From NCBI RefSeq assembly GCF_044704955.1, contig NC_091995.1:11160001-11224000 (forward strand): a DNA stretch of 64,000 bases, given 5' to 3'. Position numbers and translations under genes: made by a program. Of the stretch, positions 63,460 through 64,000 are shown piece after piece; the stretch's first letter is position 1, and every line of letters starts with the position of its first letter. This DNA is from Pristiophorus japonicus (Eukaryota). Below the pieces are notes generated by a model, which was not told the DNA's origin, searched no databases, and saw nothing but the letters and a program-made list of their open reading frames with translations.

Positions 63460-64000
63460 AGAAACGTAGAAACATAGAAAATAGGTGCAGGAGTCGGCCA
63501 TTCGGCCCTTCGAGCCTGCACCGCCATTCAATAAGATCATGGCTGATCATTCACCTCAGTACCCCTTTCCTGCTTTCTCTCCATACCCCTTGATCCCTTT
63601 CGTCATAAGGGCCATATCTAACTCTCTCTTGACTATATCCAATGAAGTGGCATCTGCAACTCTCTGCGGTAGGGAATTCCACAGGTTAACAACTCTCTGA
63701 GTGAAGTAGTTTCTCCTCATCTCAGTTCTAAATGGCTTACCCCTTATCCTTAGACTATGTCCACTGGTTCTGGACTTCCCCAACATCAGGAACATTCGTC
63801 CTGCATCTAACCTGTCCAGTCCGGTCAGAATTTTATATGTTTCTATGAGATCCCCTCTCATCCTTCTCAACTCCAATGAATACAGGCCCAGTCGATCCAG
63901 TCTCTCCTCATATGTCAGTCCTGCCATCCCTGGAATCAGTCTGGTGAACCTTCGCTGCACGCCCTCAATAGCAAGAACGTGCTTCCTCAGATTAGGAAAC
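63460..64000 (-). mobile_element. CR1 3' fragment upstream of copy C (same insertion point as in copy B)
   Basis: ATGTCTAGAAAC junction shared with ~40250. Confidence 0.9.

Overview
Vertebrate genomic DNA, very probably from a cartilaginous fish (inferred from abundant CR1 LINEs, DeuSINE/SacSINE1-like SINEs and Harbinger elements). The only host genes I can support are three minus-strand, 4-exon TNF-alpha-like (TNFSF2) paralogues: copy A 13927-21809 (245 aa), copy B 37302-39838 (239 aa) and copy C 60492-63041 (239 aa). All three have intact frames and GT-AG introns in phases 0/1/1. B and C look like classic inducible TNF: compact genes, TATA box plus canonical NF-kB site, a clustered AU-rich element, and a stalk (SPLAKVAVNS) resembling the human ADAM17 site (SPLAQA|VRS). 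Copy A keeps a nearly identical TM and TNF homology domain but differs elsewhere: an unrelated promoter with a perfect Ets-IRF composite element, no ARE cluster, TE-expanded introns, and a longer Ser/Thr-rich stalk with two N-glycosylation sequons and no Ala-Val motif. It is a candidate membrane-retained, differently regulated TNF (inference). The rest is transposon-derived. It includes nested Gypsy elements, solo LTRs, a near full-length CR1, L2/Tx1/Vingi fragments, Harbinger and Tc1/mariner elements, a 4.4-kb 41-bp satellite and an hnRNP A/B-CR1 chimeric retrocopy.
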